From Nemertoderma westbladi (taxonomy: Eukaryota > Animalia > Xenacoelomorpha), in contig JAUCBJ010006769.1 of assembly GCA_032718475.1 (NCBI GenBank), forward strand, positions 1-64,000: 64,000 bases of DNA. Direction: 5' to 3'. This document shows positions 60,317 to 64,000 of the stretch, in pieces. Every line of letters begins with the position of its first letter. The first letter of the stretch is position 1. Position numbers and translations under genes: made by a program. The notes under the pieces were generated by a model that searched no databases, had not been told where the DNA came from, and saw nothing but the letters and a program-made list of their open reading frames with translations.

Positions 60317-63232
60317 TGTCGGGGTATTTCCGTAATCCAGTTGTCCAATTGATCTTAAGGTAGTGATAGCGTTCTTAATCTCGTCGGCCAGTTTTAGTAA
60401 GTCGACGGGTTTAGTGATAGCCCCTCCCTTACAGAGTTCTTCTATTACTGACCTGGCCATACTTACTGTACCTCCGTATATCGAAGTCAAACGATCGTAC
60501 GCTAGTTCGAAAGCGTCTGGTACACCGACGAAAGTCTCCGCCAAACGTTTAGGTTCTCCTGACAACGTTTGGAGCAAGTAATTGAACTTCTCTCGTGACG
60601 TAAAGGCGCACACGGCGATCTGGGATTCGATATAGTCTACGAAGGTATGCCAGTGTTTTGAGCTACCGGAGAACTTCGGTGGTTGTTGTACCGGCAATCC
60701 CTGTCTGGCTGCGAATTTCGCTATCTCCTCGGCAACGTTCAGAGTTTCGCGTCCTTGGTTGGTAACCTGGTTGATGTTCTCCCTTCTAGGCGCTTTTCCC
60801 TGATACGATGTGGGGTTTGAAGGTACCGGTCTTTGTGGTCCCTTCGGGTGTCTATTGTGTTCGAATTCGGAATTTCTCGAACTGTCGGTGTAACCTTCCT
60901 CCAGACGTTCCTCGATCTGAGCCAACTTATTGACAACTGGTCGCAGAATGTCGGCGAACTGTTGTGTACTAATTGCGTCCGTTGGTTGTAACGCCTTCTG
61001 TGTTGGTGTATTCTGTGGAGGATTGTCTGCAAAGGAGTTGTCTGAACGCTCGCGTTTATATTCATCGGCCGCCCCTGTTCTAAATACCTCGCGTTTCGGG
61101 TAATCCGATTCGCTCGAAGTACTACTATCATCTGGATATGGTGGTCGACGTGCTCGCGTCCGTTGCGTCGTTCGAATTCTAACGGCTCGTTTCGGAACAT
61201 CGTCCACTGTTCTTCGTTGTTCGGTAGGCTCACAAGTCTTCCTCGAAGTCGTAGATTGCGATGTAAACTGAACCGGTCGCGTATCCACTGTTCTCCGTTG
61301 TTCGGTAGGCTCACAAGTCTTCCTCGAAGTCGTAGATTGCGATGTAAACTGAACCGGTCGCGTATCCACTGTTCTCCGTTGTTCGGTAGGCTCACAAGTC
61401 TTCCTCGAAGTCGTAGATTGCGATGTAAACTGAACCGGTGGGCGAATGACAGCATTTGAAACCGCTGGCCTTATAGGTCGAAACGTCATTGGATAAGCGT
61501 AATGTGTAACGGGTTTAGGTGTCAAAGGTGGACTCACCTGTTTTGTCGTCAGTAGTGCGGGTCCGGTCAATAAACTACTACGATCCGTAATCGGTGGGTT
61601 ACTTACCTTGACTCTCGGAATAGGCGACGACGTTGCTCTTGGCGGTATAAACTCGTTCGGAATAACAAACCTATGTTCCGTCGCACCATGGATAGGAGAA
61701 ATATCACTACTACCCGCAATCGAAACAGGTTCCTTAGTCGTAACCGGTGCAAACATATGAGTTACCTGTGGGAATCGTTGACACACGTCTTTTACTAATT
61801 GTCGTTCCCGTCCGGGTGCTCCTACGCTTCCTTCCTTCTTCCGTTCCTGAATTTGGCGATGTCTTACCTCTAACTGGTCCAAATCATGTCCGTCGCGAGA
61901 TCTCATCGATCGATCGCGGGCTAGAAGATCCAGATTTTCCTTAGTTTCGGCTAATTCTCTCGCCCTCTTCTCAAGTTCGAAACGAAGTTTAACTTCCTTT
62001 TCTCGTTGTTCCGTTTGTTGTTGTTGCGCCTCGAACTCTGCTTGTCGTATCGCTTGTTGGGCTTTTATTTGCCGTGTCTTCATCTCGACTCTGGCTTCCG
62101 AAACTAATCTTTGTCGCTCTAACTCTGCCGCAGCCGTTTGTCGCTCTAACTCTGCCGCTGCCGCTGCCGTTTGTCGCTCTAACTCGGCTGTTGCCGTTCG
62201 TTGCGCTAACTCGGCCGCTGCCGCTTGTTGGGCAATGTCCAACTCTAACCTTTCCATTTCGGCCGCTTCGAGTTCGGCTTGTTCCTGCAGATGAGAGATT
62301 CTCGCTACATTCGCAACACGTATTTTCTCTTCCTCTACTGCTGTTTGTATCATTAGAAGTTGAGCTTGTTCTTCCATCTCGTGTTGCTGTCTGTAGAACT
62401 GTTGCTGTTGTCGAGCAACTTCTGACGTGACTATACTTCCCTCGCAGATTTCGCTACGAATACTTACCAATGATTGATTTAGTATTCCCGGTGCCGATTC
62501 GATTTGTGCGAATGGAGTTTCCCTCGTGTATTCCGACACGGTTTCCAAATCGCCGACGTCTTCGCCGCACATGCGTAAGTGGTCCGTCAGGTGTTTTAAT
62601 TGTCCATCCAGTCGGTACAGTTCCTGTTCTTCCTCGGGTTGTAATAATTCGTCCGAAACTGACTCACCTAACAACTGGTCCGCTTGTTCCTGTTGTATCT
62701 GTCTAATCGTCGACTTAAACTGAATCAGTTTCTCTCTAGTGATCATTAGTTTCTCGAGGATTCTAAGTTGAGTATCCATGTCCTGTCTCTGTCTAGCTAG
62801 ATCTTGTAGGCCAACTAGATTATCTACGGACTTATATACTTTACTCTGTACTCTAACCTGGAGGGTGTAGAACTCGAATCGAGACATCGGAGCGGTCAAC
62901 CCGTCTAATATGCGTTGGCCTTCTCCAATGCTCCTGGTTATATGCGCCATATATCCTCCGACGCTTCTAACCACACTTTCTGTGCTTCCTGCTGAACTTA
63001 CCAATTCCGTTTCCCTATGTCTAGGTTGCGGAACAGTTAGAAAGTCCTCGGTCCTGCCGTCGCCTCGTACTACGGCATCCGGTACTCCCGTTGGATGTAC
63101 TGGTGACGCACACGGTGTAGGTTCGGTAGGCTCGCGAGTCTTCACCTGTTGTTCTTCCGCTGCTGACTTATCTCCGTCACACGAGTCATAGTCGGTTTGT
63201 GTATTCTTCGTATAGTCTTGTTTGTCACTCAT
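60317..63232 (-). CDS. Element B Gag, N-terminal part (coiled coil + DUF1759-like)
   Basis: IAKFAARQGLPVQQPPKFSG...EKFNYLLQ matches element A. Contains an 81-bp triplication at 61200-61440. Confidence 0.92.
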
Positions 63233-64000
63233 TTCGGTAGTTGTAAGTCAAGTGAAGTGAGTGTCAAAGTATCGAGTTTACCGTATTTGTATAAGACGGT
63301 ACTAATTACAGTCATATAAAATTAGCCTACCGGCCGATTTTATAGCAGATGGATAAAATTAGCCTAAACGGCCAATTTTACAGCAAATAAATGTCACGGG
63401 ATAAGTATATAATAAAATTAGCCTAGCGGCCAATTTTATAACAAATAAATCGGATAACGATATGCGTTATCAAAAGGTAAATTAAATACAATAATACGGA
63501 CTAATTCAGCAATGAACAAAGAAATCATACGTAATGCATAAATACTTGAGACAGTGGAACCCACAATAATTTTAACTAATACGGTAATGCCTAACTTATT
63601 TATGCAACTTTTCGAACTCACCCACTCCAATAATTCTCCAGAAAAACAGATTCCCAGATACAAACCGAACGTGAACCTTTCCGTTTTTAACGTTGCGGAC
63701 GAAACGCGATTTTCCCAACCAAAGTTGTTGAGTTATCTATCTCCCAAACTTGCTAAACACGGTCTTGCTCCCGTTACAGTCTAGAAATGAGTTCTGAATC
63801 CTGAAAAAACAAAAGAGTTAGGTTTTACTTTTACGAAAAATTTTGTACCGGTACAATATGGTATTTAAACCCTTTTTAAACACCGGTATTCAATTCCAAA
63901 AATATTTTACACGCGGTTCAAATCAAATTTTATTTCAAAAAATTAGCACTTAGCTAATCAAATACAAATTTTTACCTCAAAATACAAAATTTTCAAATAA

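Larger units (their letters stand above)
49506..64000 (-). mobile_element. BEL/Pao-family LTR element B lacking RT/RNase H; 5' LTR outside the window
   Basis: Gag, PR and IN homologous to element A; accessory ORFs; GGAGCGG tract followed by an LTR-like region. Confidence 0.88.

Overview
AT-rich, transposon-dense animal (probably marine invertebrate) genomic DNA with no recognisable host gene. Main contents: (1) 0.9-9.2 kb, minus strand: a Helitron2/Helentron-type RepHel gene (C2H2 finger, 17-aa repeats, DUF6570-like region, HUH/Y2 Rep, PIF1 helicase) whose C-terminus carries a poxvirus-A22/Ydc2-like RuvC-fold resolvase domain, apparently followed by a second inactive copy, in place of the usual AP endonuclease. 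(2) 13.5-30.0 kb, plus strand: a very young, intact BEL/Pao LTR retrotransposon (element A; 2101-bp LTRs, AGTAG TSD) with no tRNA PBS. (3) 49.5-64 kb, minus strand: a related BEL/Pao element (B) encoding Gag-PR-IN without RT/RNase H, plus a downstream CCHC-knuckle accessory gene that is decayed in A. Comparing A and B reveals shared cis-architecture: dispersed YGYG-loop hairpins with element-specific stems, a GGAGCGG PPT with internal copies, a covarying 5'UTR-3'UTR helix, a conserved structured post-integrase RNA and a conserved splice acceptor. The rest is LINE fragments, SINE-like pieces, non-autonomous DNA elements rich in CTCF-like motifs, and palindromic minisatellites. All calls were made by eye, without database searches.
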